A DNA stretch of 64,000 bases, taken from contig JBDTMN010000002.1 in assembly GCA_039934295.1 (NCBI GenBank), forward strand, positions 26,725 to 90,724, read 5' to 3'. This document shows positions 39,251-48,996 of the stretch, piece by piece. A program made the position numbers and the translations under genes. The stretch comes from Candidatus Tayloriibacteriota bacterium (GTDB taxonomy: Bacteria > Patescibacteriota > Minisyncoccia > Phycocordibacterales > HO2-43-120). A model generated the notes under the pieces. The model did not search any database, had not been told where the DNA came from, and saw only the letters and a program-made list of their open reading frames with translations. The stretch's first letter is position 1, and each line of letters opens with the position of its first letter.

Positions 39251-39790
39251 TCAATCCACTTCTTCATAATAATACGACTGCTCCACACCCTTCATGAAAA
39301 CTTCGCGGTCATCGATCCTATCGGTCAATGCGGAGCGCAAAAGTTCACGAATCTCAAGATCCTTCACCGGGCTGCGCTCCATAGCGTTCAAATAATCGGA
39401 TTTATCTATCTTGACCCAATCAATACATTGTTTGAGATTTTTTTTCAGAATCAAATCGAGCCAGACCCTCATACTCCGTCCGTTGCCTTCCATAAACGGA
39501 TGAGCGATATTCATTTCCACATATTTGGCAACGATGTTCTCAAAAGTACTTTCCTGCATTTCATCGATCTTTTTTAAACTTTCTTCCAGATATAAACAAG
39601 AAGCAAATCGGAAGCCACCTTTGCTTATATCTTTCACACGAATCTGGCCAGCAAAATCGTAAAGCCCTCCAAATAAATATTCATGAATTTGTTGCAAGCC
39701 TCTAGTCGTGCCAACCTCAAAACTCTCAATTTCCCGACTACCAAAAAGTTCCTTGGCCCGTTCTTTGCTCGTTTGATCAACATTTTTCAT
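39251..39790 (-). CDS. Fic family AMPylase (class III-like)
   Basis: HPFMEGNGR and C-terminal inhibitory-type SYYYE. Confidence 0.92.
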   Translation of the reverse strand: MKNVDQTSKERAKELFGSREIESFEVGTTRGLQQIHEYLFGGLYDFAGQIRVKDISKGGFRFASCLYLEESLKKIDEMQESTFENIVAKYVEMNIAHPFMEGNGRSMRVWLDLILKKNLKQCIDWVKIDKSDYLNAMERSPVKDLEIRELLRSALTDRIDDREVFMKGVEQSYYYEEVD

Positions 39791-39852
39791 TGTTTTATTA
39801 TACCATTTTTACAGATATTTTTCCACAACAGTACCCCCCATAAAAATCAAAT

Positions 39853-39935
39853 TTATCCCCCCACCCTTATAACATGCTCACCAAGAGTGCGACATAATAT
39901 TTATCTAGGAAATTCTTTGCTACGCCATATTCATT
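39853..39935 (-). pseudogene. Decayed gap 3'-end copy 3
   Basis: NEYG...RTLGEHVIRVGG* versus NEMGYTYTLVEHVIKAG. Confidence 0.65.
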
Positions 39936-40445
39936 TTACTGAGGTGAGATAGTGAAATAATTATCACTTTCATCACATTTTGTGACTCCCGTATCTACTT
40001 CATCACAGACCTTGATTTTGTAATTCTTGTTGGTCTGAATTTTCGCATCACCAACAAACGATGATGCAAACACTCCATTACCCAAGGGATTTACCTTAAT
40101 AAAATCACTTCTAACTACTGCATTATTTGCATCTATCAAGTAAGCTGCGAATTTTCGAGTAGGTGTATAATTTGCACCCTGTGATTTCCAAGTAAATCCA
40201 AGATCTCCTGCTATCACAATATTTCCATATGGAATCTTCTCTCCACCATTTGGAGAAACAACCACTAGTCCGGGATATTTACCGCCTGACATATTTGGGT
40301 TAGTTGTAACTTCTGGCACTGAGGTCGTTTGTCGATAAATAGTTGTCGGCTTTTTTTTGAATGCAAAGTATCCAAAAGTAGTCACAAGAATAATGATTAT
40401 TACAATTAACCAAATATTTACTGGACCTTTTTGAAAATTTCTCAT
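39936..40445 (-). CDS. Exported protein with pilin-like leader and Ig-like domain
   Basis: MRNFQKG plus TM; VVSPNGGE...DESDNYFTI. Confidence 0.7.
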   Translation of the reverse strand: MRNFQKGPVNIWLIVIIIILVTTFGYFAFKKKPTTIYRQTTSVPEVTTNPNMSGGKYPGLVVVSPNGGEKIPYGNIVIAGDLGFTWKSQGANYTPTRKFAAYLIDANNAVVRSDFIKVNPLGNGVFASSFVGDAKIQTNKNYKIKVCDEVDTGVTKCDESDNYFTISPQ

Positions 40446-40471
40446 GTTTGAAATCTAAATTATTTTTAAAG

Positions 40472-41497
40472 TTATACAAGCCTACCAGCCTTTATCACAT
40501 GCTCCACCAACGTATACGTATACCCCATTTCGTTGTCATACCACGCGAGGACTTTAACAAGATTGCCGTCGACGACACGGGTAAATTTGAGGTCTGCGAT
40601 AGAGGCGTGGGAGTCGCCCAAAATATCGGAGGAGACGAGGTCTTCTTCGGTGACGGCGAAGGTGTCTTTCCAACGCTCCAAGGTAGCGGCAGCACGCAAA
40701 ATCTCATTCACCTCTTCTACTGACGTCGTCTTCTTTGAAATAAACGTAATGTCGGCAATAGAGCCGGCAACGACTGGCACGCGTAAGGAAATTCCGTCAA
40801 ATTTTCCCGCAAGATCGGTGATTGCCATCGTAGTCGCGATTGCGGCACCTGTCGAAGAAGGGACGATATTTTGCGCTGCCGCTCTTCCCTCTCGAAAATC
40901 TTTCTTATTCGGCCCGTCGACAAGTCCTTGGCTCGCCGTGTATCCATGCACTGTGCTCAAAATCGCCTTTTCTACCCCCAGTTTCTCATGCAAAATCGCC
41001 AAAAGAGGAGAAGCCGCGTTTGTGGTACACGAAGCGTTTGATGTTATTGGGCATTTGCCAAATTTTTCTTCGTTTACACCGAGAAGTATTGTGTCCGCAG
41101 ACTGCGCCGCTCCCTTTTCATCTTTTGCCGGAGCGGAAATCACGACAAGCCTTGCTCCCGCATCAAGATGAAATTTGGCTTTCTCGAAGCTGGTAAAGAG
41201 GCCCGTAGACTCGACAACAACATCAATCTCAAGCTCTTTCCAAGGCAATTTCGTGCCATCTTTTTCAGAAAGATAGGTTACTTCTTTCCCCTCAATTATT
41301 AATTTTGACCCCTGAATTTTGACTTCTAAACCGCTTCTTCCGTACACGGTATCGTATTTCAAAAGATACGCCATATTGTGTATGTCGCCCAAATCGTTCA
41401 CCGCCACAACTTCAATTTCTTTCCTGTCTTTTGCAATTTTATAAAAAGCTCTGCCAATTCTACCAAAACCATTTATCGCAACTCGAATTTTTTTCAT
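40472..41497 (-). CDS. gap: Glyceraldehyde-3-phosphate dehydrogenase
   Basis: INGFGRIG, ASCTTN and WYDNE. Confidence 0.97.
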   Translation of the reverse strand: MKKIRVAINGFGRIGRAFYKIAKDRKEIEVVAVNDLGDIHNMAYLLKYDTVYGRSGLEVKIQGSKLIIEGKEVTYLSEKDGTKLPWKELEIDVVVESTGLFTSFEKAKFHLDAGARLVVISAPAKDEKGAAQSADTILLGVNEEKFGKCPITSNASCTTNAASPLLAILHEKLGVEKAILSTVHGYTASQGLVDGPNKKDFREGRAAAQNIVPSSTGAAIATTMAITDLAGKFDGISLRVPVVAGSIADITFISKKTTSVEEVNEILRAAATLERWKDTFAVTEEDLVSSDILGDSHASIADLKFTRVVDGNLVKVLAWYDNEMGYTYTLVEHVIKAGRLV

Positions 41498-41564
41498 AGA
41501 GATGTATATTAATTAGTGTTCAAATTATATCATAAACGCAATGCCAATCCACGAATAAAAATAA

Positions 41565-41664
41565 ACCCCTCTCCTCGAAGACTCGTTTCTCCCCTTGGAA
41601 ATGGGAGAAGGATCCCTCCCCTCCTTGCTAAGGAGGGGAGTCGAGTCTGCGAGACGGGGTGGTA
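41565..41664. repeat. Gene-less DUF559-type hairpin repeat
   Basis: CCCTCCCCTCCTT..AAGGAGGGG..GGGGTGGT matches the hairpin at 29840-29877. Confidence 0.6.
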
Positions 41665-41747
41665 ATTATTATTCGCATGCTCTACTCGTAAGGGTTCCTA
41701 ACCATTCGTATCATTCGCCGACTTATTCGTATATTCGCATCGTGCTA

Positions 41748-43172
41748 CTATTTTAATTGCGATTTGAACAACTCCTGCAAAGTCTTAGGATTGGCGGAGC
41801 CTTTCGTCTCTTTCATCGCCTGGCCGATAAGAAACTGCAAGCTCGCCTCTTTGCCTGCCTTGTAATCCGCGACTACCTTGGGATTGCCTGCAATTATCCC
41901 CTCAATAATTTTCTTCAAGGCTTCAGGGTCATTTTTTTGAAGCAGTCCTCGTTCCTCGGCAATTTTTTCCGCGCTTCCGCCTCCATTAAACATTATGGCA
42001 AGAATATCTTTTGCTGCCCGAGACGAGAGCTTTCCTTCATGAATCATTGAAATGAGAGACGCAAAATCATCCGCCGGAATCGGATTTGTCTTCCATGCGT
42101 TCGGCTCTTTTTTTATTAGCCCAAGCAAGTCCGAACTCAAGTAGTTTGCCGAAAGCTGAACAAGCTTTTTATCGCCTTTAAATCCCTCAATCGTCTTTTC
42201 AAAATAATCCGCCCACGCGACGTCATTTACAAAAATATCAATGTCCCCTGCTTTGAGCTCAAACTTTGTCTTATATCTCTCTCGTCTCTCCCAGGGAAGC
42301 TCCGGCAATTCTGCTTTGAGCTTTGCATGAGAAAATTCAGGAATTTCGCTCAACATTAATTTGGGCAAATCTGGGTCGGGAAAATATCGATAGTCATGTG
42401 AGTCCTCTTTCGCCCTCTGCGAGAAGGTGGCTTCTTTGTTTTCGTCCCAACCACGAGTTTCTTGAATTACTTTCTCTCCTTTTTCCAAAAGCTCAATATG
42501 TCGGGCCACCTCGTACTCGATAGCTTTCTCCACAGTTTTAAACGAGTTTAAGTTTTTAACTTCAACCTTGATTCCAAAATCTTTTGTATCTGAAACTGAA
42601 ATATTCGCTTCGACACGCATCTCCCCCTTCTCCATATTCGCCTCGCCTGCGCCAAGATACTGAAGAAGAAGCTGTAATTCTCTTGCAAAGTCACCCGCCT
42701 CTTTTGCGCTATGTATCACAGGCTCCGTGACAAGCTCCATCAAAGGAAGTCCTGAACGGTTAAAATCTACTAAACTACAATCATTTGATTCATGCGATGA
42801 TCGTGCCGTGTCTTCTTCGAGATGAATTCGAGTAAGAGCCACACCACTCAATTTTCCTCCTTTAATGAGAGGAAACTGGTACTGTGAAAGCTGATAGCCC
42901 TTCGGAATATCAGGATAGAAATAATTTTTGCGGTCAAATTCGGTAAAATCGGCAATCTCGCCCCCGACAGCAACTCCCATGGACAGCACATGCTTTACCG
43001 CCTGCTTGTTGATGACGGGAAGCGTGCCAGGGTAACCCATGCAGACAGGACAAATATTCACGTTCGGCTTTTTCTCATCCGGGTCATTTTTGGAATTGCA
43101 AAACATCTTCGTCACGGTTTTTAGCTCGGCGTGAATTTCAAGTCCAATAGTTGTTTTGTATTTTTCACTCAT
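41748..43172 (-). CDS. gatB: Asp/Glu-tRNA amidotransferase subunit B
   Basis: IGLEIH, DRKNYFYPD, EVKNLNS and YRYFPDPDL. Confidence 0.97.
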   Translation of the reverse strand: MSEKYKTTIGLEIHAELKTVTKMFCNSKNDPDEKKPNVNICPVCMGYPGTLPVINKQAVKHVLSMGVAVGGEIADFTEFDRKNYFYPDIPKGYQLSQYQFPLIKGGKLSGVALTRIHLEEDTARSSHESNDCSLVDFNRSGLPLMELVTEPVIHSAKEAGDFARELQLLLQYLGAGEANMEKGEMRVEANISVSDTKDFGIKVEVKNLNSFKTVEKAIEYEVARHIELLEKGEKVIQETRGWDENKEATFSQRAKEDSHDYRYFPDPDLPKLMLSEIPEFSHAKLKAELPELPWERRERYKTKFELKAGDIDIFVNDVAWADYFEKTIEGFKGDKKLVQLSANYLSSDLLGLIKKEPNAWKTNPIPADDFASLISMIHEGKLSSRAAKDILAIMFNGGGSAEKIAEERGLLQKNDPEALKKIIEGIIAGNPKVVADYKAGKEASLQFLIGQAMKETKGSANPKTLQELFKSQLK

Positions 43173-43203
43173 TGTCTTACGTCTTAAACTAACAGTAAAA
43201 AAC

Positions 43204-43884
43204 TCACTTCGAAGGTCGTTTTAAAATGAGCTCCTCTGGATTCTCTTTTTCTAAATTAGTTACAAGACGTTCTGATACGACACCTGCATCTAAAAAGTCC
43301 CCGAAATTTTCTGGTTTCTGCTCATCAAAAAGATGAGTCTGCATCCCACCCGGGTAAACTCCTATTACCTTTATTGACCCGCCCTTCACCTCCTCTCTTA
43401 AGGAGTCCGTAAATCCTTTTGCCGCATATTTACTGGCCGCATAACCTGACGCAGATGGTCGGCCAGAAAGCGCGCTCGTGGAAATAATATTCATAATGAT
43501 TCCGAAATTTTGTTTTTTCATTTGGATGAGCGCCGCTTTCGATCCGTACATTGTTCCCAGCACATTTACCTCAAAAAGATCGCGCACACGATCAATATCA
43601 AGATCTTCTACTTTGGCAGGAGGTTGCCAAATTCCAGCATTATTTACCCAGATATCTACGCGACCAAAATGCGCAATTGTTTCTTGGAGTAATTTTTTTA
43701 TTTCTTTTTCCTTTGTCACATCAGCAGAGATAGCAAGGCCATTGATCTCCTTGGCTATTTCCTCAATCTCTTTTTGAGTTCGGGCTGAAACTACAACTTT
43801 CGCCCCCCGCCTTGAAAAAGCGACAGCGAGCGCTTTCCCGAGACCTCGGCTTGCGCCAGTAATTACTACAACTTTATCTTTCAT
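43204..43884 (-). CDS. SDR family oxidoreductase
   Basis: TGASRGLG, NNAG and YAASK. Confidence 0.92.
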   Translation of the reverse strand: MKDKVVVITGASRGLGKALAVAFSRRGAKVVVSARTQKEIEEIAKEINGLAISADVTKEKEIKKLLQETIAHFGRVDIWVNNAGIWQPPAKVEDLDIDRVRDLFEVNVLGTMYGSKAALIQMKKQNFGIIMNIISTSALSGRPSASGYAASKYAAKGFTDSLREEVKGGSIKVIGVYPGGMQTHLFDEQKPENFGDFLDAGVVSERLVTNLEKENPEELILKRPSK

Positions 43885-43894
43885 ACGGTCAATA

Positions 43895-44866
43895 TTACAC
43901 GCTCCTAAATATTTTTACCAACTCGTCTCCAAATTTTTTAATTGAAACATCGTCGTAAACAGAGACAGACAGAACAAGAGGGTTGAGTTTCTTCATCTCT
44001 TTTATAGTCTTCCCCAAATGTTTTGCGTCCACGACATCCGTTTTTGTGAGAATAATAATTTCTTTCTTCTCGGCCAAATCTTTGTCATAGTCTTCAAGCT
44101 CTTTGCGGATTATTTTGTACGCTCCCTGCAAATCCTCATTTTCAAGCGAAATGCAATGAAGGAGAATTTTTGTTCTTTTTATGTGCCGTAGAAATTTATC
44201 TCCCAAACCCTTTCCCTTTGAAGCTCCCTCAATGAGCCCGGGAATGTCGGCTAGAATGAATCCGAAAAAATCTCCGAGATTTGGCTCTAACGTAGTGAAT
44301 GCATAGGACCCGACCTTGGCGTCCGCATTGGTAAGAACATTCAAAAGACTCGATTTTCCGGCATTCGGGAGTCCAATAATCCCCGCATCAACAAGCAATC
44401 GAAGTTCCACAAAAAAGTCCGCCGCTTCGCCTATTTTCCCCTCCGTGAACTGCCGCGGACTTCTGTTGGTGGACGCTTTGAAATGTTCGTTTCCTAACCC
44501 GCCTCGCCCGCCCTTCAAAATAAGGGTAGTCTCTCCGTCTTGCAACAGCTCGTGAACCGTGCCATCGCTCAAGTTGGTAATAAGTGACCCAAGAGGAAAA
44601 TCAATGACAAGATCGGGCGCGTTTTTTCCATACATATTTTTTTCCATTCCGTCCTGTCCATCTTCTGCCTTAAACTCTCTTTTATTGCGATATTTTGCCA
44701 AAACGCCCAAATCGCGAATAGCCCGAGCATAAATGCCTCCGCCATTCCCGCCGTTCCCTCCCGCAGGTCCCATCCTGTCCTTGCCTTTCTCCTGAAGCCA
44801 GCGCACCACGCCGTCTCCCCCGTCACCCGCCTTCATATGTATTTTTAGTTCGTCGATGAAAGCCAT
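43895..44866 (-). CDS. obgE: GTPase ObgE
   Basis: Gly-rich Obg fold, GLPNAGKS and DIPGLIEG. Confidence 0.96.
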   Translation of the reverse strand: MAFIDELKIHMKAGDGGDGVVRWLQEKGKDRMGPAGGNGGNGGGIYARAIRDLGVLAKYRNKREFKAEDGQDGMEKNMYGKNAPDLVIDFPLGSLITNLSDGTVHELLQDGETTLILKGGRGGLGNEHFKASTNRSPRQFTEGKIGEAADFFVELRLLVDAGIIGLPNAGKSSLLNVLTNADAKVGSYAFTTLEPNLGDFFGFILADIPGLIEGASKGKGLGDKFLRHIKRTKILLHCISLENEDLQGAYKIIRKELEDYDKDLAEKKEIIILTKTDVVDAKHLGKTIKEMKKLNPLVLSVSVYDDVSIKKFGDELVKIFRSV

Positions 44867-44914
44867 AAATAGTTATAAAGTAGAAAGTTATAAGGTTATA
44901 AAGTAAAGACTCGA

Positions 44915-45259
44915 TTAAATTTTCTTTATGAATGCGGACAATAATCTGGAAACTTCAAGTGCCATATCACGCAAGGTACGGAAATCTGATTCATGCAGAT
45001 ACTTTAATTCAAAAGCGAGATAAAGCAAAGAACGAACTTCGCCAGATGACCCTTTTGCTATATAAAGAAAATTTCTTAATTCAGCATTTGTGTGTCGCTC
45101 AAAACCCTCAGCAATATTGTTCATAATTGAAACTGAAGCACGTTGTATCTGATCCTTAAAAGCATAATCTCTATTGTTGGCAAAAAGTTTATACAAAAGT
45201 AAAGTTAACGTTTTTGACTTCTGCCAAGCAATAATTTCCTCAAAAGATGTAATCCTCAT
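44915..45259 (-). CDS. Four-helix-bundle protein (IVP/Avd-like) inside inverted repeats
   Basis: FEEIIAWQK, QIQRASVSIMNNIAEGF, AKGSSGE; 21-bp perfect IR at 44884-44904 and 45274-45294. Confidence 0.92.
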   Translation of the reverse strand: MRITSFEEIIAWQKSKTLTLLLYKLFANNRDYAFKDQIQRASVSIMNNIAEGFERHTNAELRNFLYIAKGSSGEVRSLLYLAFELKYLHESDFRTLRDMALEVSRLLSAFIKKI

Positions 45260-45292
45260 TTCTTAACTTTAAAACTTTATAACCTTATAACT

Positions 45293-46213
45293 TTACAAAC
45301 TTAAGATTGCTCGCTTTGCGAGCTCGATTGCTCCTTCTTTCGACTTCGCCACAACCAAAAAGCGGTTGTTGTGGCAAAAGATGGCGTCGGCCACTCCGGT
45401 CGCTTTTGCGAGCTCCTCGTTTCTTTTTCCCGCCCAAGCCTCTGGCATGTCTTTTCGGCTTACAAACTGCGCCAAAGAATCCCTGACCGCTTTTACGCCG
45501 TATGTACCATCGGCGCGGTGATACACCACAAAAAGAGGTTCGGGCAATTTCGATAAAACCTCCTGCCAAAAATATTCCTTCTCAAGAACCACAATTCTTT
45601 TGTCCTCTGATTTCCTATAATCTTCAAGGACTCTCTTTTCCCCTTCCATTTCGTCTTGCAAAAACTTGACAGCTCGCGAGAGAATCTTTTTGCAGAGGCG
45701 CACAGTTTCCTCAAATTTCGCAAAAGCCGTGTCGCTTTCTTCTTTCCAGGTGGGGTTCGACATCAAGACAAACTGATGCAAGGAATAGGAGTTGATATCG
45801 GGGAAAATTGGCTTTGAAAGAGCCACTCCGTTGTCATGGGCATCGAAAGGAGCCACGAGCTCAAGGTCGATTCTTTGAGCGACCTCAATTGAGCCTCCGC
45901 AGATTTCCCTTCCAAACTTCTTCCACACCAACCCGAATGCGGCAAAGGGAATTTCGTTTTCTCTTCTTCCCGCCCCGCCTTTCTGATGGTGGTCAAAACG
46001 ATTCTTTTTTTCATCGTAGACATCCCCTACGTCAACGACATATTCTCCCCTTTCCCAGTCCTTCGGGTTTCGACTTCTTACTATCTCGACTTCTTGAGCT
46101 TCTTTTTTCAAGTGAAGAAGAAGAGTGGCCACGGCAAAACAGTCATCCGTATGGAATGTTCCTGTGTGAGTCACAATGACGGGCTTGTTAGTTTTAGAAT
46201 TTTTCTCTTCCAT
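45293..46213 (-). CDS. MYG1 family protein
   Basis: THTGTFHTDD, DVG, FDHHQ and FCH. Confidence 0.92.
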   Translation of the reverse strand: MEEKNSKTNKPVIVTHTGTFHTDDCFAVATLLLHLKKEAQEVEIVRSRNPKDWERGEYVVDVGDVYDEKKNRFDHHQKGGAGRRENEIPFAAFGLVWKKFGREICGGSIEVAQRIDLELVAPFDAHDNGVALSKPIFPDINSYSLHQFVLMSNPTWKEESDTAFAKFEETVRLCKKILSRAVKFLQDEMEGEKRVLEDYRKSEDKRIVVLEKEYFWQEVLSKLPEPLFVVYHRADGTYGVKAVRDSLAQFVSRKDMPEAWAGKRNEELAKATGVADAIFCHNNRFLVVAKSKEGAIELAKRAILSL

Positions 46214-46742
46214 AATTGAGGGTTTTTACGTGCCAGACCAGATCATCAATAAATTTCTCAACGCGCTCGTCATATTTTTTATCCAGAATATTTCCTTTCT
46301 TATCAAAAAGTTCCTCAACATTGCCGAAATAAAGAGTGTTGAGCGATACCACCAACCCAAGTTTTCGAAACACGTGTATCAACAACTCCACCATTCTTGC
46401 TCCTCCAAAAATCCCGTTTGAGACCGCAGCCACGGCAACCGGCTTTCGTTTGTACTCTCCGTATGCCGAATCCAAGATAATTTTGAGTTCCCCGGGAAAT
46501 CCGTGATTGTACTCGGGAGAAACAATAATAAATCCCTCCGCTCTCTTTGCAATTTCTCTCCATCGCGTTACTTTTGGATCATCTTCCCACGAAGGAATGG
46601 TCCGACCAAAAAGGTGGTCCCGAACATCAATAAGTTCCGTTTCAATATCTTTTCTTTTTTGGATGCGGGGTAGGATATAATGGGCTACTTTCTCCGAGAA
46701 TCTTCCCTTCCTCGCTGTACCTAACAATATGGGTATATACAT
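46194..46742 (-). CDS. NADPH-dependent FMN reductase
   Basis: LGTAR and SPEYNHGFPGELK. Confidence 0.9.
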   Translation of the reverse strand: MYIPILLGTARKGRFSEKVAHYILPRIQKRKDIETELIDVRDHLFGRTIPSWEDDPKVTRWREIAKRAEGFIIVSPEYNHGFPGELKIILDSAYGEYKRKPVAVAAVSNGIFGGARMVELLIHVFRKLGLVVSLNTLYFGNVEELFDKKGNILDKKYDERVEKFIDDLVWHVKTLNYGREKF

Positions 46743-46912
46743 AACAGTTTAGTACTTACGTTTTTTTCTCTTACACCGCTTGCTAGCGGTGTCCTCATTT
46801 TTACAGCTACTCTAGGACTCGCAGGTAAAAATGGGAACTGCACTCAAACGCGCAAGCTCTTGATAAACAAGGATAAATTGATTATTACATGAAAAAGCTT
46901 GAGAGCATAGGG

Positions 46913-46957
46913 CAAAGAAAGTCGCCGAGCACCTCCGGTGCTCGGCGACTTTCTTTT
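46913..46957 (-). terminator. Long perfect hairpin after rplU
   Basis: AAAGAAAGTCGCCGAGCACC-TCC-GGTGCTCGGCGACTTTCTTT. Confidence 0.75.
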
Positions 46958-47273
46958 AGCTCAGCGACTGAATAGAAACTTTAAAGTAGGGCTGACGGTG
47001 GCCGTATTTTTTGAAATATCGGCTCTTCTGCTTGTATTTGATAACATCCACCGTTTTGTGGCGCAATGCTTCTTCAAAAATGCCGGTTACCTTTGCTCCA
47101 GGAATATAGGGCATGCCAATAGTGGTTTCCTCGCCTTTATCAACCAAAAGCACCCTATCGAATATAATTTTGTCTCCTTTTTTAAATTCGCCCTGAAGTT
47201 TCTCAATGGAAATAACGTCTCCCTTCGAGACCTGATACTGCTTACCTCCTGTTAATATAATTGCAAATTCCAT
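46956..47273 (-). CDS. rplU: 50S ribosomal protein L21
   Basis: TGGKQY and GHRQPY. Confidence 0.96.
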   Translation of the reverse strand: MEFAIILTGGKQYQVSKGDVISIEKLQGEFKKGDKIIFDRVLLVDKGEETTIGMPYIPGAKVTGIFEEALRHKTVDVIKYKQKSRYFKKYGHRQPYFKVSIQSLS

Positions 47274-47339
47274 AGTGGACAAGTATACACGAACATATTT
47301 TTTTCGCAAGAAATATCTATTTAATGCGACTCAACCTAG

Positions 47340-48440
47340 TTATTCGTCCTCGCCCACATCTGGCTTCTCGAGCGCTAAAGGCTCAAAGTCGCTCGCTTTG
47401 CCGGTGATGCGAACGACATCTTTGTTTATCTTGCCAAACTCTTTGTCCGATGTATTGAAATGGCTAACCACAGTTGCAAGCGAGTTGCCGAGCTTGCCAT
47501 GATACTCTTGATAGGAGCGGAGATGCTTCTGGAGAGCCTCCACATTTTTGCGAATATCTTTTGCCGATTCTTCTATCTGGAGTGCCTTCAAGCCTTGTAA
47601 CACAGTCTGGAGAAATGCCAGGAATGAAGTCGGAGACACAATCAGCACATGCTTGTCCTTAAAGGCATATTCAATGAGGTCGCGGGTATTGATTTTCATC
47701 CCACCCACTTCTGCGACCAAAAGGTCATAATAAATTGCTTCGTGCGGAATAAACATGAACGCAAAATCCATCGTGCCTTGCGAAGGCTGAACGTATTTTG
47801 CCGTTTCATCAATGCGATTTTTGAGATCGCCTTTAAACGCCTTCTCGAGACGCTCGCGCTCCGCCGGGTCTTTCTCCGCAACAAGACGATTGTAATTTTC
47901 AAGCGAAAACTTCGAGTCAATCGGAATAATTTTGTCTTTCACGTGCACGACCGCATCCACAATCGTGCCATCCTTGAATGGATACTGCATTTCGAAGCTC
48001 CCCGGAGGCAGAACATTTTTGAGCAATGTCTCAAGATAGTATTCGCCAAGTATTCCTCTCTGTTTTGGATTTTTCAAAATGTCCTGCAGGTTTTGTAACT
48101 GGTCGGCAAAGGATACCACCTGCTTGTTGGTCTCGTCGAGCTTGGTCAAGCCCTGTGTCACGTCGCGGATAAGCTTTGCCGACTCGCTAAACTGGGTACG
48201 GACAGAATCGCTCATCTGCTTTGACCCTTCGGTCATTTTGGCGTCCACGGTTTTTCCCAAATCACTCATTTTTGAGTCCACCGTCCTCCCAAGCTCATTT
48301 AGCTGATTCAATAGCAATGTGAGCCCTTGACCGTCTTCCTTCGGCTTATCCCTTTTTCTCAAAAAAAAGAAAAGTAAAGCGCCATTTCCCACGAGGAAAA
48401 TAACCAAAATCAGGACAAGAACGTAGATATTAATTTGCAT
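47340..48440 (-). CDS. rmuC: DNA recombination protein RmuC
   Basis: KQRGILGE, IDSKF, AFMFIP and VSPT; start moved to MQINIY. Confidence 0.93.
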   Translation of the reverse strand: MQINIYVLVLILVIFLVGNGALLFFFLRKRDKPKEDGQGLTLLLNQLNELGRTVDSKMSDLGKTVDAKMTEGSKQMSDSVRTQFSESAKLIRDVTQGLTKLDETNKQVVSFADQLQNLQDILKNPKQRGILGEYYLETLLKNVLPPGSFEMQYPFKDGTIVDAVVHVKDKIIPIDSKFSLENYNRLVAEKDPAERERLEKAFKGDLKNRIDETAKYVQPSQGTMDFAFMFIPHEAIYYDLLVAEVGGMKINTRDLIEYAFKDKHVLIVSPTSFLAFLQTVLQGLKALQIEESAKDIRKNVEALQKHLRSYQEYHGKLGNSLATVVSHFNTSDKEFGKINKDVVRITGKASDFEPLALEKPDVGEDE

Positions 48441-48656
48441 GGGGGTATTATACCAGAGAACGTGTAACATATAACATGTAACATTTAACGGGTAACGGGT
48501 AACGGGTAACATCTGATAGGAAACTTAAATTTTTTCTGACATACGTTATAATCTTGCTATAGCTAGATTATAACGTATGTCTTGAATCTAAGAGAGGTTG
48601 GAAGAGTATTTGAGATGACGCATTACAATTTATTCATTTCGAGTTATAATAGCTAT

Positions 48657-48971
48657 ATGAAAAAAAGATATTGGTTGAAGGGAGGAGTTATAGGATTTTT
48701 GACTCCCATAATTTTTATACCCTTAGGATATAGTCCCGTTGGTTTTGTAACTGGCCTTCTATTGACTCCTGTTGTCTTTATAACCAAAATGATTTTTGGG
48801 AGTTCAATCCTGGAAGAAAATACTGTGGATGGGACCGTAGTTTCAAATAGTATAGCTTCCGTGTTTCGCTTAGCTGCTGTGTTTTCCCCAATTTTTTGGT
48901 TTTTCATTGGTGCAATTTTAGGTTGGTTTTATGGCAAAATTAAAAACCGAAACTCTAAATCTATAAGCTAA
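48657..48971 (+). CDS. Small membrane protein
   Basis: MKKRYWLKGG...GAILGWFYGKIK; TATAAT 6 nt upstream. Confidence 0.7.
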   Translation: MKKRYWLKGGVIGFLTPIIFIPLGYSPVGFVTGLLLTPVVFITKMIFGSSILEENTVDGTVVSNSIASVFRLAAVFSPIFWFFIGAILGWFYGKIKNRNSKSIS

Positions 48972-48996
48972 CAGCTAATAGCTAACAGCTACTCTT

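Noticed and set aside
44915-45259. Diversity-generating retroelement
   Set aside because: Avd-like fold only; no reverse transcriptase or adenine-specific TR/VR pair was seen.
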